Part shown: piece after piece, positions 49,195 to 63,447 of the stretch
Layout of the letters: each line of letters begins with the position of its first letter
Numbering within the stretch: the first letter of the stretch is position 1
Assembly: GCA_951406725.2 (NCBI GenBank)
Contig: OX597824.1
Location: 21,390,001 to 21,454,000 of the forward strand
Length of the DNA: 64,000 nt
Source of the DNA: Octopus vulgaris
Taxonomy: Eukaryota
Direction of reading: 5' to 3'
Position numbers and translations under genes: made by a program
The notes under the pieces: generated by a model
The model's database searches: none
What the model saw: the letters and a program-made list of their open reading frames with translations, nothing else
What the model was told of the DNA's origin: nothing

Positions 49195-50376
49195 TATACT
49201 TACAGGTGATATAAGCTTACAGTATATACCTGAACTTAGAGCATATATAAATTACAAATGATTTCCCAAATCGAAAAACAACCTTGGAAAATATTGTTAC
49301 AGTATAAAGCTAGGGAGATAACTCAATATGATATGGAATAATTTTCATATCATAGAAGAATAAGGGTTACCCTTTAAGCAGTTGCCTTACTGGCACTTGT
49401 GCCCCGTGCTAGGAGGGTGCCAAGAGCACCATCCGAGCGTGATCGTTGCCAGAGCAGCCAACTGGCTTCCATGCCGGTGGCACGTAAAAGGCACCATTCG
49501 AGTGTGATCATTATATATATATATATATATTGTGTATATAATTAGCCACCCGTATTTTATATATATGTATATATATTCAGGTAATTTAATGGTGTGTACT
49601 TGGTGTATTCATTGTGGCACCCATTAAAGAAAGTGAAGAAGGAAGTGTTTTCTCAGACTTAAATAAATTCTTTACACTTTATTGATTTTTTTGTATTTTG
49701 GCATATCTGGTCACCTAGGTAAAATTATACATGCCACACGTCTGTCTGTCTCTCTCATCAAAAAAATGGAAAAAAATGCAATTTGAAATTGAAAAAAGGG
49801 AAGATAAATGAAAGTGGTGATACTGGGTAACGTGTATGGAGAAAGAGAGAGAGAGAGAGAGAGAAGAGAGGAGGATGGAAGTAAAATTTTTGATTGAATT
49901 TTGTTTGAATAGATGCATTTTTTCAATGTAATTATTTAGCTCTCAGATAAATATTCTTTAATCAGATTGGTTGTGGATAAAAATGCTTGGTAAAGAAAAG
50001 TAAAGGTAAATTTGCATTGTTATTGGAGAATAAATTCGTTTGAAGCTCATATATTTATTTATTAGATATTAACAATATATTATCTTTTGCTTCTTCTGAC
50101 ATTCTTGCACAATTTACCAAGAAAACATCAAACTACAATCTGAAATGATTTAAACATGGCAATCTTTTCTGAATAATATCGGCCGTTTTCTTTCATGTTT
50201 TCGGATATAAATGGTTAAAGAGAAATTAAGACATTTCTTTGCTTTTCCTGTGATATTTACTTTTCCTTTTTTTTGTTTTGAAGATTATTGGTTTACCGAA
50301 TTTGCTGGCATATAAGACAATCTTTTTGTTTTTTTGTTTTTAAATGTATCAAAAAATTTTCCCATATCTGATGCAG

Positions 50377-50634
<258 letters not shown>

Positions 50635-51179
50635 AGAGAGATACAGGAAAAAATTTTCCTGTATCTAATGCAGTCTTATTATAGATGGAAAGCCGAGTGT
50701 CTCCTAGGCTAGGGAGCTGAGTAAGCATAAGGCTGATAGGCACAGTAATTGTTACTAACAATAAGACATTGAAAACGAGCCAAAATATCATAGTCTGTTA
50801 ACACAAACTTATGAAAAATTGCTTGTGGTATGTTGGCAGTTATGTGGAGAGGTCACATTTATCTCATTATTCTTCGTTCCTCACCACACATAACTCACAC
50901 TTGATATGTGTCTTACGTTATTTAATGACTGTGTTACATTTAAGGAACATCTTCCTAATTATCTAAATGAAAAATTCTCTTAGGAAGCTGAAACGAATAT
51001 CAACACACTTTCATCCACCTGTCAGCTATTTACAGTGAATGAATGAAAACAAAACCATTTCGATGGTATGCCACCTTCATGGATTGTTTTGGTAACACAA
51101 AACAGCACAACCGAAAATCAGAGTTTTATGTTTGTGTCTGGCATTTCCCTTGACCAAAATGTAAACAACTATACGAAAT

Positions 51180-51675
51180 CGAAATCAAATTTGATGACTG
51201 GCATCCGTGCTAGTGGAGCACTAAAGAGCACCATCCAAGCATGATCATTGCTAGAGCAGCTAACTGGCTTCCATGCTGGTGGCACATAAAAAACACCATT
51301 CGAGCATGATCGTTACCAGCGTCGCCTTACTGGCACTTATGCCGGTGGCAAGTGAAAAAGCATTCGAGTGAGGTCGTTGCCAGTGCTGCTTGACTGGCTC
51401 CTGTACAAGTGGCATGTAAAAAACACAATTTGAGCGTGGCTGTTGCTGGTACCACCTGACTGGCACCCATGCCAGTGGCACATAAAAGCATCTACTACAC
51501 TCTCGGAGGAGTGGTTGGCGTTAGGAAGGGCATCTAGCTGTAGAAACCCTGCCAGATCAAGAGTGAAGCCTGGTGCAGCCATCTGGTTCGCCACTCCTCA
51601 GTCAAATCGTCCAACCCATGCTAGCATGGAAAGCAGACGTTAAACAATGATGATAATGATGATGATGATGATGAT
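51180..51675 (+). mobile_element. RTE 3'-UTR (family C)
   Basis: About five internal ggtggcac..aaaa modules; (TGA)n tail. Confidence 0.7.
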
Positions 51676-51729
51676 ATACGGTTGATTTGAAAAGAACTTG
51701 AAATACAGTTCACCTTCCATGTTGTAGTT

Positions 51730-52126
51730 TATATATATATATATATAAAGCTGAAGTTGTCTGTGTATGGCAGGTTTGGTAGCTTTCAACTAACACTATG
51801 TCCTCCGAGACCCTACGTCGCAAGTTGGCCAAAATTGAGAGTATGATAGAAGAAGGCTTGCTCTTCCTTCCGTAGAAGAAAAAAAATCAAATCGGACCAT
51901 GTTAACACCAAAAATTATTTACATCAAAAAGGTGCTTTTTTTCTATGAAAATCCCTATTTTTTACGATATTTTGACTGCTGTGTCGCCATTTTTCGGTGT
52001 ATTTCAACCAGAAAAATGTTCACTTAAAGAGAATAACAAGTTACGTAATGCAAAATTTTTACTTTTCAAAAATTCCAATTCTAAAGGGTCAAAACAAACC
52101 CGAGCAATGCCGGACGATACTGCTAG
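51730..52126 (+). mobile_element. Helitron-like element H1
   Basis: Family sequence ending ctgCTAG-T. Confidence 0.75.
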
Positions 52127-52707
52127 TTTATTGATGAATTCATTTTTGCATACTTCATCCCAGTATACTGTCACAGTATTGTATCTACATATGTAGGCCT
52201 GGCTCTGTGTTGGTTATGGTGATGAGGGTTGAGTTGATCTGATCAATGGAACAACCTGCTTGTGAAATTAACATGCAATTGGCTGAGTACTCCACAGACA
52301 CGTGTACCCTTAACGTAGTTCTCAAGGAAATTCAACGTGACACAATGTGAGAAGGCTGGCCCTTTGAATTTCAGGTACAACTCATTTTTGCCATGGAGCA
52401 ATGAGAAATAAAGTGTTTTGCTCAAGGACACAACACACTGCTGGGAATTGAACTCATGACCTTGCGATCCTAAACCAAATACCCTAACCACTGAGCTACA
52501 CACTTCCACACACGCACAAAATCATACACCTTCCTCTACAAACAATGAAATATTAAATTAAATTTTTTTTTTCCCTACAAAATACACTTGTAAAATAGGG
52601 GTGCATCTTATGCATGAGTGCATCATATACCCTGGCAAATGCGGCTTTTGTAAAACTTCATGCCGAAACCCATGACACATCACCAAAATTCTTAAAGGAG
52701 AAACATT

Positions 52708-53126
52708 GGATCTTTTCGGTTTGACCGGCAGTTTTTTCTAGTGGTGTCATATGAAATTTTCACCCATAATTATGACCCTAGTATCGATCTATTGCATTTC
52801 AATCTGTTTTAGGGTTAGGGTTGGGGGTGGAGGGAAGGGTATCTTTTTTTCTTCAGAAATGTAAATAAACCCAATCCGTTTCTTAAACGAGGGGCAAATT
52901 CATACGGCACAAAATGTTTTCACCTCAATAGACGTCATTGATTGGTTGAAATTACAGAAATTGAAGAAAAAAAAAACAACAAATATTTTACAAAGTATAG
53001 AATTTTCTCAATAAAGCCAAGAGAAAAAGATGTTTTATGTACACATTCTACCAGTATACGAAGTTTAAAAGTGTTTAGTTACATGGAAATTATTTAAAAA
53101 ATCTGCCGGTCAAACCGAAAAGACCC
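52708..53126. mobile_element. MITE with GG..CC termini and 8-bp TSD (Merlin-like)
   Basis: TIRs ggatcttttcggtttgaccggcag / ctgccggtcaaaccgaaaagaccc; TSD gaaacatt. Confidence 0.8.
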
Positions 53127-53290
53127 GAAACATTTTCTTTTAAAGCTGTTTTTGTGTTAACCTATATTTCACACCTTGGAACAGGTAAATTGTCGTTAGT
53201 TGTTGCCACAATGTTTCCACTTGTTATATCCATGTGATAACCAAACGTTTAATTTTCTTATGATTCTTTTAAATTTGCCGCCGCTCACAG

Positions 53291-53324
53291 GTCTCCTCAC
53301 TATGCTTGTCCAGAGGTCATTCGG
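53291..53324 (+). CDS. BRSK2: BRSK/SAD-1 kinase exon (34 nt): SPHYACPEVIR
   Basis: ccgctcacag acceptor and CGG|gtaag donor; GG|G completes Gly; SPHYACPE is the BRSK-typical subdomain VIII. Confidence 0.93.
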
Positions 53325-53556
53325 GTAAGACCGCTGTTAAACATTTCTGTGTTGTCAATATATATTTAACTGCTTTTCAAATAAAAAAACAAACTTTGGT
53401 GTAACCTTCCTGCATGATCAATGTGGTAATCTCCATTTATTTATTTATTTTTTGTCATGCTCGTTATATCAATCTCACGGCTGCTTTTTCTTCCTTATTC
53501 TTTAATTGATGTCTGCTCACTTTCAGAAATTTTAATTAATACAACATATATAATTA

Positions 53557-53866
53557 CCGTATTCGATGGCCTATAAGACACACCAGTGCATAGAATGCAC
53601 CATAGCCTGGGCTGTACTTTTGTAAAATAAATTACCACTAAAATGTTTTAATTCCTCCACTTACCTGTATAATTTTATGTCAATACAGGTAATTATAAGC
53701 AATTTATTGTATCCACATTCACTATAAAATACCATAAGCAATTATTCACCAATAGATGGCAGCACATGTTTTGTAAACATACATACCATTTTGAGTGAGT
53801 TTTGTGCCTACATTGAATGGATTGGTTTGGGTAAAAAAGGTGTGTCTTTTAGGCCATCAAATTCAG
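53557..53866. mobile_element. Tc2/pogo-like MITE
   Basis: TA-ccgtattcgatggcctataagacacacc ... ggtgtgtcttttaggccatcaaattcag-TA. Confidence 0.7.
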
Positions 53867-54581
53867 TATATATTATGGTATATATATATATACATACACA
53901 CATACATTTTCATATCGTTATATAGATATATATGTGTGTGTGTATATATTATTTATTATATATATGTTAATTATATAAAGAAAATGAAAAAAAATTATCC
54001 AAGACCATCAATAAATGCTAATGAATTGTTTCCACTTTGTTTAGATTTTGCTTCCTATTTTTGTCTTTACTGAAGAAAACAAACAAGCTTAAATTTCTCA
54101 GCCAAGGGAATAAATTTGTGAAGGGTTTTTAATAACATTTTGTTTAGTAAAGTTTTACATAAAATTTTAACATGATGATCTAAAAATGAAAATGCCCCAT
54201 AATCACTGATAAAATTTTCAAACACGATGGAAGCATTCAATTTCATGTAGCATATCACGAGTGAGTTGTCCTGGCGGCACCCATCCGTTAACAGTTTATG
54301 AAGTGAGATGGATCTCTGCCAATAACCAAAACTAATGTATGCAGACTGAATCCATTAATGGCAACCACCTCTTTTGTGCTGTCATTCTTTTAGAGTATTT
54401 TAAAACTTGGGTACAGATATGGTTTAGGGGCTGGGAATATAATTTTACAACCCTGTGGTTTCAGATTCAAAGCACTGTGCCACAGTTTGGACTAGGGTCT
54501 TCTGTTATGTTGACCAATGCTTTGTTAGTGAAGTGTGGTTGAAAGAAACAAGGTGGAAGCTTGTCAGTCGGGGCCATTCCT

Positions 54582-54993
54582 GGCGGTGAGCTGGCAGAAA
54601 CGTTAGCAAGCCGGGCGAAATGCTTAGCGGTGTTTCGTCTGCTGCTACGTTCTGAGTTCAAATTCCGCCAAGATCAACTTTGCCTTTCATCCTTTCGGAG
54701 TCAATAAATTAAGTACCAGTTACGCACTGGGGTTGATATAATTGACTTAATCCGTCTGTCCTTGTTTGTCCTCTCTGTGTTTAGCCCCTTGTGGGTAGTA
54801 AAGAAATAGGTATTTCATCTGTCTTTACGCTCTGAATTCAAATTCTGCCAAGGCCAGCTTTGCCTTTCATCCTTTTGGGGTTGATAAATTAAGTACCAGT
54901 TATGCACTTGGGTCGATGTAATCGACTTAATCCGTTTGTCTCTCCTTGTTTGCCCTCTCTGTGTTTAGCCCCCTGTGGGTAATAAAGAAATAG
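54582..54993 (+). mobile_element. SINE family A dimer
   Basis: Same dimer junction as the other copies. Confidence 0.8.
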
Positions 54994-55189
54994 GTTTAAT
55001 GTGTCACCTAGTATACTTTTCCAGAGTATACTCTTGGTCTCTGGTCGAAGATAACTTACCCTCTTCTCCTCACCAGTTCCAGTCTTGGAGGCATTGAAAA
55101 GGCTCATTGCTCCTACCCTTACTCATACCAGAAGTTGAGCTTTAGAGCTTTCATGTTGATCAATTATATAGTTTAAATATGAAGGGTTA

Positions 55190-56195
55190 TCTCCGTCATA
55201 TTTTCCAAAGTCTGCTAGTGACTGTAACCTGGGCATCGTTGCCAATAATGATTTATACTGGACAAACGACACCTCAGAAATTGTCAAGAAGGCTGAGGAT
55301 GTCTTAGCATCTCTTGGTAAGATGTTTGTCAGCTGCTCTCCAGTTATCTATTTAAAGCTGTATATGGCTATGGTACCTCCACACTTAAGGCGTCGAGCTG
55401 ACAGAATCGTTAGCACGCCGGGCGAAATGCTTAGCTGTATTTCGTCTGCCGTTACATTCTGAGTTCAAATTCTGCCGAGGTCAACTTTGCCTTTAACCCT
55501 TTCAGGCTCGATAAATTAAGTACCAGTTACGCACTGGGGTCGATGTAATCGACTTAATCCGTTTGTCTATCTTTGTTTGTCCCCTCTGTGTTTAGCCCCT
55601 TGTAGGGCCTCCACACTTAGAGTTTGCGACACCAGTCTGGAACCTTTGTCTTGCTCAGCATATCAACCTCCTGGAAACTGTTCAGAAATGTGCAACCAGA
55701 CAATTTTACCCGCTGTCAAGCATGTACCATATTCTGAATGTCTTGCTTCTCTGGGTATGGACACGTTAAAGCTCTGACATCTGGCAACTGACTTGGTAAA
55801 CACCCATCTTCCCAGCAACAATTTTGAACATCTTTTTGAATTTCATGTCTAACATTCATGGACGTGTTTACAAAATCAAAAAAAAAAAAGAAAAAAAAAA
55901 CCACCCATGACTTTCGAAAGCATTTTGTTCATTCTCAGACTTGCTGAAGCATGGAATCGACTACCCGCATCACTTGTTAACTGTTAAGACATTACATCCT
56001 TCAAAACTTCCATGCTTCTTGAAATTCCCCAACCGTGCACCTGATTCCCCCTCCTCTCTTTTTGTAAACAACTCATTCACCGTTCACTTTCTGTGCATTA
56101 TTCTATGAACTGTTCAGACACTTTTGGCTACTTTTTCTGATGAGTTGTAGTGCACCTGAGCACTGTATACAATAAACTCATTATTATCATTATTA
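55190..56195 (+). mobile_element. CR1-type LINE 3' relic interrupted by SINE A (55388-55607, TSD cctccacactta)
   Basis: YLKLYMAMVPPHL|EFATPVWN; PYSECLASLGMDTL; AWNRLPASLV..SFK motifs of the CR1 ORF2 C-terminus; (ATT)n tail. Confidence 0.75.
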
Positions 56196-56412
56196 CAAAG
56201 GCGGCAAACTAGCAGATTCATTAGCACGCTGGATGAAATACTTAACGATATTTCACCCGGCACTACATTCTATGTTCAAGTTCTGCCATTGTCGACTTTT
56301 GCCTTTGATCTCTTCAGAGTTGATAAATTAAGTACCAGTTGAGTACTGGAGTCAATATAATCAACTCTCCCCCTCCCCCAAATTTCAGGCCATGTGCCTA
56401 TGGTAGAAAGGC

Positions 56413-56456
<44 letters not shown>

Positions 56457-57139
56457 GTTCAAATTCTGCTGACGTTGACTTTACCTTTCATCCTTTCAGG
56501 GTTGACAAATTAAGTACCAGTGAAACACTGGGGTCGTTATAATCGACTATCCCTCCCCCACTAAATTTCAGGCCTTGTGCCTATAGTAGAAAGAATTATT
56601 TTCATCATCATGATCATCATCATCAGTAGCAGCAGCAGCAGCAAGGTGGTGAGCTGGCAGAATCGTTAGCACACCAGGTGCAATGTTTAGCGGTATTTTG
56701 TCTGCTGTTATATTCTGAGTTCAAATTCCGCTGAGATTGACTTTGCCTTTCATGCTTTTGTGGTCAATTAAATAAGTACCAGTTACGCACTGGGGTCGAT
56801 GTAATGACTTTAATCCCTTTGTCTCTCCTCGTTTGCCCCCTCTTTGTTTAGCTCCCTATGGGCAATAAAGAAATAAAAATTATCATCATCATCATCATCA
56901 TCATTTATTGTAACACAGATATCACAGACATAGAACTGAGCCAACAGCCAATCAGGATTGGGGATATATGGGGCAAAACAATGCTTGCCGTTTTTTCTGA
57001 TTGAAGGAAATATGTATGGGCACATGTATATGTTGTTTCTACATAATGCCCTCGTGTCTGTGCAGATGTGTGTGGATATGCACATATGTTTGTGCTTGTC
57101 CTGCTTTTCCTATGTGTAACTATAAATCTGTGAGTATGT

Positions 57140-57511
<372 letters not shown>

Positions 57512-57667
57512 GCACTTCTATAATTGCCGCACTCATAACTAAAACAACGATAACAGCAGAGAAATTATATTCTATAAAGATGACCATCTTAATGACCATT
57601 GAAAACTATTAAACAGGTCAAGATGTTTTGAGGACCATCCTTGTTGAGGAGATTACTAGATGAGGTT

Positions 57668-57681
57668 GTTTCCATAGCAAC
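57668..57681. promoter_or_regulatory. Candidate RFX X-box
   Basis: GTTTCCATAGCAAC matches the X-box consensus GTNRCCATRGYAAC closely; lies in non-repeat intron sequence. Confidence 0.3.
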
Positions 57682-58211
57682 TGGCATTTAGAGTTTTTTT
57701 TTTCATTTTTTTTTTTTTCATTTTGGAGAGAACCTAGTTTTTGGGTCTGTGTGTGTTTGTGCAAGTGAGTGCATGCACGTGTGTGTGTGTGTGTGCGTGA
57801 TAATGACCTCTACCTCAGAAGTATAAATTAGCAGCCAGAGGGACCCTCTAACGAAAATGGAATGATGTCAGAGGCTGTTTCTGTTTGGAACTACCGTTTC
57901 TGTTCCAAATTTTTGGACTTGGAAATGATCATGGGGATGAGTCTAACTCATGCAAGCATGGAAAAGTGGACATTAAAATGATGGTGGCGGTGGTTGTTGT
58001 TAAGCAACTAGATGGGTAAGGGTGATTAGGTGATGGTCTAGGTCTTAGGGGCGGGAGACCCCAGACCTTAGAAAAAAAATTCTTTGGTTGTCTTGTTGTA
58101 GTCGAGGGCTCTTCGTTGACGCCCGACACCACTTGGAGTTGGCCCTCGAAGTCGCTGGAAATGGAGATCTCCAGGTCCAAATTCTTGAACGGCTGGTAGT
58201 TGTGGTGGTGG

Positions 58212-58270
<59 letters not shown>

Positions 58271-60113
58271 GTGATAGCAGGGTGGTACTGGAGGTGATGA
58301 TGATGATGTCACTTAAAGTGTTGTCCCATTAAACATATCCAACTGGACAGAGAAAAAAAAAGTACTTGTTGGTGAGATTTAGAGTTACAAAAACTATACA
58401 CTCTATATTGTTCAAGGCACTTAGCTTAGTGGTTAGAGTGCTTGGCTCACAATCAGAAAGTCATGGGTTCAATTCCTGGACCTAGTGTTTCTACAGCTGG
58501 ATGCCCTTCCTAACACCAGCCACTCTGAGAGTGTAGTGGATGCTTTTTAACGTGCCACCTGCACAGGTTGCCAGAGGAGGCTGGCAACAACCAGGATCGG
58601 TTGGTGTTTTTATGTGCCACCAGCACAGAAACCAGTCAAGGTGGCGCTGGCATCAGCCTCATTCGGATGGTGCTTTTTACATGCCACCGGCACAGGGATC
58701 ACAACTACAATTTCCATTTGATTTTGATTTTGAAGTACTTGACTCAAAAGGTCTCTTCAAGCACAGCATGTCGCCCTACGATCCAAGGTACTTTTGAGTG
58801 GACTGGGGCTGGTTATGCGACACTGGTGTAGGTTACAGCTGTGAACTCACTTTATTTGCTGGGTATTCGCAGTCACAGCATAAAATTCTATATCTGTCTT
58901 TTCTTTAGCTTTGTATATCTTTCATCTTGATGTGGCTTTGGTTTTGAATACTCCTCTGACCCATGCATACACTCATACTGATCTGTTTGCCTTATGTATA
59001 TATTTTACCAATGCCTTTTTATACATCTAATATTTTTTTCCCCTTTTTGTTGCATCATTCTGTTTTACACCTTCTCACCAACTTGCCCCCAAAACTTTTC
59101 CTTATAATCATATTAACTTTTCTATCCATAATATAAAGCTAATACTGTATCTAATCGTAATTAATTATTTAAGCAGTAGACATACCTGACTGTTAGGCAT
59201 AATTTTACACTTTACCCATACTAACTTCATAAACACTCAACCTTCTCTGCAGTGCTCCAGCAAGGCCACAACCTCTGGCTAGAACCAATAACAGAATAAT
59301 AGAAAGCACCTGTATTATGAAATTTCACACCTTATTAATTAATGTTATTAGCTACAGGTAAAGCAGTGTGCTGGGAGAATTGTTAGGGCATTGGGTAAAA
59401 CTGCTTCATGGTATTTCCTCTGACCCTTTATGTTCTGAGATCAAATCACACCCAAGTCAACTATTGCTTTTGATCCCTTCAAGGTTGATAAAATAAAGTA
59501 CCAGTCAAGCACTGGTGTTGATGTGATGTGATTGATTTGTCCCCCTCCCCTCAAAAATTGCTGGCCTTGTGCCAAAATTAGAAACTGGCAAAAGTGTTAG
59601 CATCATCATCATCATCGTTTAACATCCGCTTTCCATGCTAGCATGGGTTGGACGATTTTGACTGAGGGCTGGTGAACCAGATGGCTGCGCCAGGCTCCAA
59701 TCTTGGTATGGCAGAGTTTCTACAGCTGGATGCCCTTCCTAACGCCAACCACTCCGAGAGTGTAGTGGGTGCTTTTTACGCTCGAATTTTTTTACACATG
59801 CCACCGGCACAGGTGCCAGTGAAGCGACGTTGGTCGCTTAGCATGTTAGACAATAATGCTTAGTGGTATTTCTTCTGGCTCTCTATGCTCTGAGTTCAAA
59901 TCTTGCCAAAGCTAACTTTGCTTTGCATCCTTTCTGGGTCAATGAAATAAGGCACCAGTTGAGTACTGGAATTGATGGTATCCGCAAATGCTCACCTGGC
60001 CTTGTGCCAGAATTAGAAACCATTATTAGCCATTTGTAAATTTATTGTCTTGGCACCAAGTGTCTCAGTTACCGGAAATTTATAATTCACAAGAAATAAA
60101 TGAATAGATGTAT

Positions 60114-60500
60114 CTTTTACTCCTTTACTTGTTTCAATCATTTGACTGTGGCCATGCTGGAGCACCGCCTTGGAGTGTTTTAGTTGAATAAATTGACCCT
60201 TGGATTTAAAAAAAAAACATCCTAGTACTTATTCTATTGGTATATTGGTATCTTTTTCTGGACTGTTAAGTTACAGGGACATAAACACACCAACACTGGT
60301 TCTCAAGCAGTGGTGGGGGGACAAATAAAGACATAAACACACACAATGGGCTTCTTTCAGTTTCCATCTACCAAATCTACTCACATGGCTTTGGTCAGCC
60401 TGGGGCTTTAGTAGGAGACACATGCCCAAGGTGCCATGCAGTGGGACTGAACCCAGAACCATGTGGTTGGTAAGCAAGCTTCTTACCACACAGCCATGCC
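60114..60500 (-). mobile_element. SINE family B (older copy)
   Basis: Diverged family sequence. Confidence 0.7.
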
Positions 60501-61098
60501 TGTGTTTATAAATAGATAAAAATCACAGAAGCGTGATTTTTTTCTTTTATAACTGTTTTTGCAATTACTCATCATAACTGTTAAGACTGAATTTATTTCT
60601 CTCTCTCTTTCTTTCTTTCTTTTTCTCTCACACACATCGATGTACTCTTAGATAGAGTTAGTGTATACTTCCTGGTTGATACATTTCAATTTGATCAGCT
60701 TGTAGATTTTATATATTTTTTTTTCATAGTTTTTTTTTTCCCATTTTATGCACGCATTCATTTCCGTGTCATAAATATTTGCATTTTTTTAACCATATTT
60801 TTACCACATAGTAATCTTTACCTTCACCTTCAAATCTTATTTACTGATTATATATGTGCATGTGTGTGCGTGCACTCATGTTTATATGTGTGTGTGTATA
60901 TAGTTAGAATTTACAAAAAAGAAAAACAAAACAAAAGATGAAGACGGGTGTGTAAACAACAAACAGATGTATTAGTTTAATGCTCTGGAAGTGAGAAAAT
61001 CTTTTACGTTTCGAGCCTATGCTCTTCAACAAAAAGAAACAGAAATAAGGAGAGAGAGAAAATAAACGAATATGTGTGTGTGTGTGTGCGTGTGTGTA

Positions 61099-61143
<45 letters not shown>

Positions 61144-61829
61144 ATATATATGTGTGTGTGTGTACATATATATGTACGTATACACATACACACACTAATC
61201 TTATTTAAATTCTTTCATAAACTTCAAATCTGTAAACAAAAACAGATTTTGCCTTCAGAAACACACCTCATATTTCCTACACTATTTTAATATTATATCA
61301 TGAAATATGTTTCAGTACGACTGACACACTTCATTCTTCGTCTTCTTGATTTCCCTCTTCCTTTTCCTCTTCTAAAAAACCCCAATTTTAACTGCTCAAG
61401 TATACATGAGTTATTCCCCTTACTTAGAACCTTTTTTTTTTTTAGAAACCCTTGAATTTAGAAGTTGTTGGTGTAAATTTGTGCTTTACACATACATACA
61501 TGCATGATAATAATATTAGGGAGCATAGCTCGAAGCTTACAGGGAAAAATTAGATTTAGTATTAAATCAAATTTCACAGCATAAATATATAAAATATGAA
61601 TTAGAGATAAAACCACTATTAGGCAACTCAAACAGTGATAGACATAAACCAATACATAAATAACAAATAATATAAATATGATTAATATAATATATAATAT
61701 ATATATATATTTAAATTTAAAAATTTTTTTTCCAAAAAAGTATAAAAGGAATGATAAATATAATATAATAAGTATAATATATAAGTATATATGTATGTAT
61801 ATATATATATATATATATGTATATATGTG

Positions 61830-61866
<37 letters not shown>

Positions 61867-62179
61867 ATACATACATACATACACACACACATACATACAT
61901 ACATGAGAGTGTATGGCTTAGTGGTGTGGTACTCATGATCACGAGATGGTGGTTTCTATTCTCAGACTGGGTGGCGCATTGTGTTCTTCACCTTGCTCTG
62001 TGATCCCTTCAACACCTGACACGTGGCACACACTGCACCTGTTCAGACAATGTCAATTTGATAGAGTGAGCAAGCTAATGTGCAGCACAAGCATTTGATC
62101 ACTATAAACAAATCGTTTGTACAAGTCGTTCAGCAAAAGCTGAATGCTCAGACATCGTCTTTGACGGAAGAGTCCGTCA

Positions 62180-62215
<36 letters not shown>

Positions 62216-62284
62216 TACATACATATATGTATGTATGTGTATATATATATATATATATATACGTATATGTATGGGTATATATAT

Positions 62285-62510
62285 ATATAAAAATACAAAA
62301 TGGGACAAGAACGCAAAACATTCAAATAGACGATACAAAAAACATGGACGGGTCATTTGAAGCCTCTAATCTTCAGTCAAGAATCGGATCATCCTCGCAA
62401 TTTCGGCTGATTGATCAGCCGAAATTGCGAATGACCCGTCGGTGGTTTTTGTATCGTCTATTTGAATGTTATGCGTTCTTGTCCCATTTTGTATTTTTAT
62501 ATATATATAT
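62285..62510. repeat. (TA)n-flanked palindrome made from the 46068-type element
   Basis: Centre ttcggctgat-tg-atcagccgaa; arms aaaatacaaaatgggacaagaacgc / gcgttcttgtcccattttgtatttt. Confidence 0.85.
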
Positions 62511-62799
62511 TATAGCAGGGTAACTACACCTTATTCTCTGATATATATATATATAGGTATATGTATGATATTTTATTTAAGCTGGTTTACTGGCCTCTGT
62601 TACCCTGGAGTTCCTATAGTATGCCGCTGTTTCTCCTAACAAGTCAGATTGGGTTGCCTGTCTTGTCTGAAGAGGTACAGGCACACTGTGGAATCTCCAA
62701 GGTAAAGGGCCACTGGACTAGCTGAAATAAACTGCAGCACTCAACATTTGTATTGAGTACTCCAAATCCTTACCCAACAGGTGCACACACACACACACC

Positions 62800-62835
<36 letters not shown>

Positions 62836-63086
62836 TGTATGTATGTATGTTTGTATGTATGTATGTATGTGTGTGGGTGTATATATATATAAATAAAAAG
62901 GGGTTTGTATGATTGTGTATAGAGGGATATATACTATTCAAAGAAATTCCAACTCTGTTTTTATGTTTTATTTATATTCTTTATAATTACTATTTATACT
63001 ATATATACTATATTCTACATTAATGTTATAAAGAATATAAATAAAGCATAAAAACAGAGTTAGAATTCCCTTGACTAATATATATA

Positions 63087-63125
<39 letters not shown>

Positions 63126-63147
63126 ACCATTTTTTTATATATATATA

Positions 63148-63202
<55 letters not shown>

Positions 63203-63447
63203 TGGATAGATGTAATTAATATTTATAGTAGTCTATTCACATTTAGGCAGATAGAAGGACAGCGGGACACAAACACATGTGTACACACATACACATACAC
63301 TCACACGCACACATGCACACAATGCCCCACCCCCATACTATGTCATATATATATTTTCAGACATGAATGTGTGTGCATTCTTGTTATACACACACACTTC
63401 TAAATCCAGGCAGACACATTTAATAAAACCTACAAAACAGGATGATT

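Noticed and set aside
49990-50378. Possible coding relic on the - strand ([12 protein letters not shown]..)
   Set aside because: Multiple stops and no motif I can recognise; left unassigned.
52808-52840. TTAGGG repeats as a telomere remnant
   Set aside because: Only two perfect units, internal to a TIR element.
56137-56170. CTGATGAG as a hammerhead core
   Set aside because: No downstream GAAA, stem III or UH; it lies in the CR1 3' UTR.
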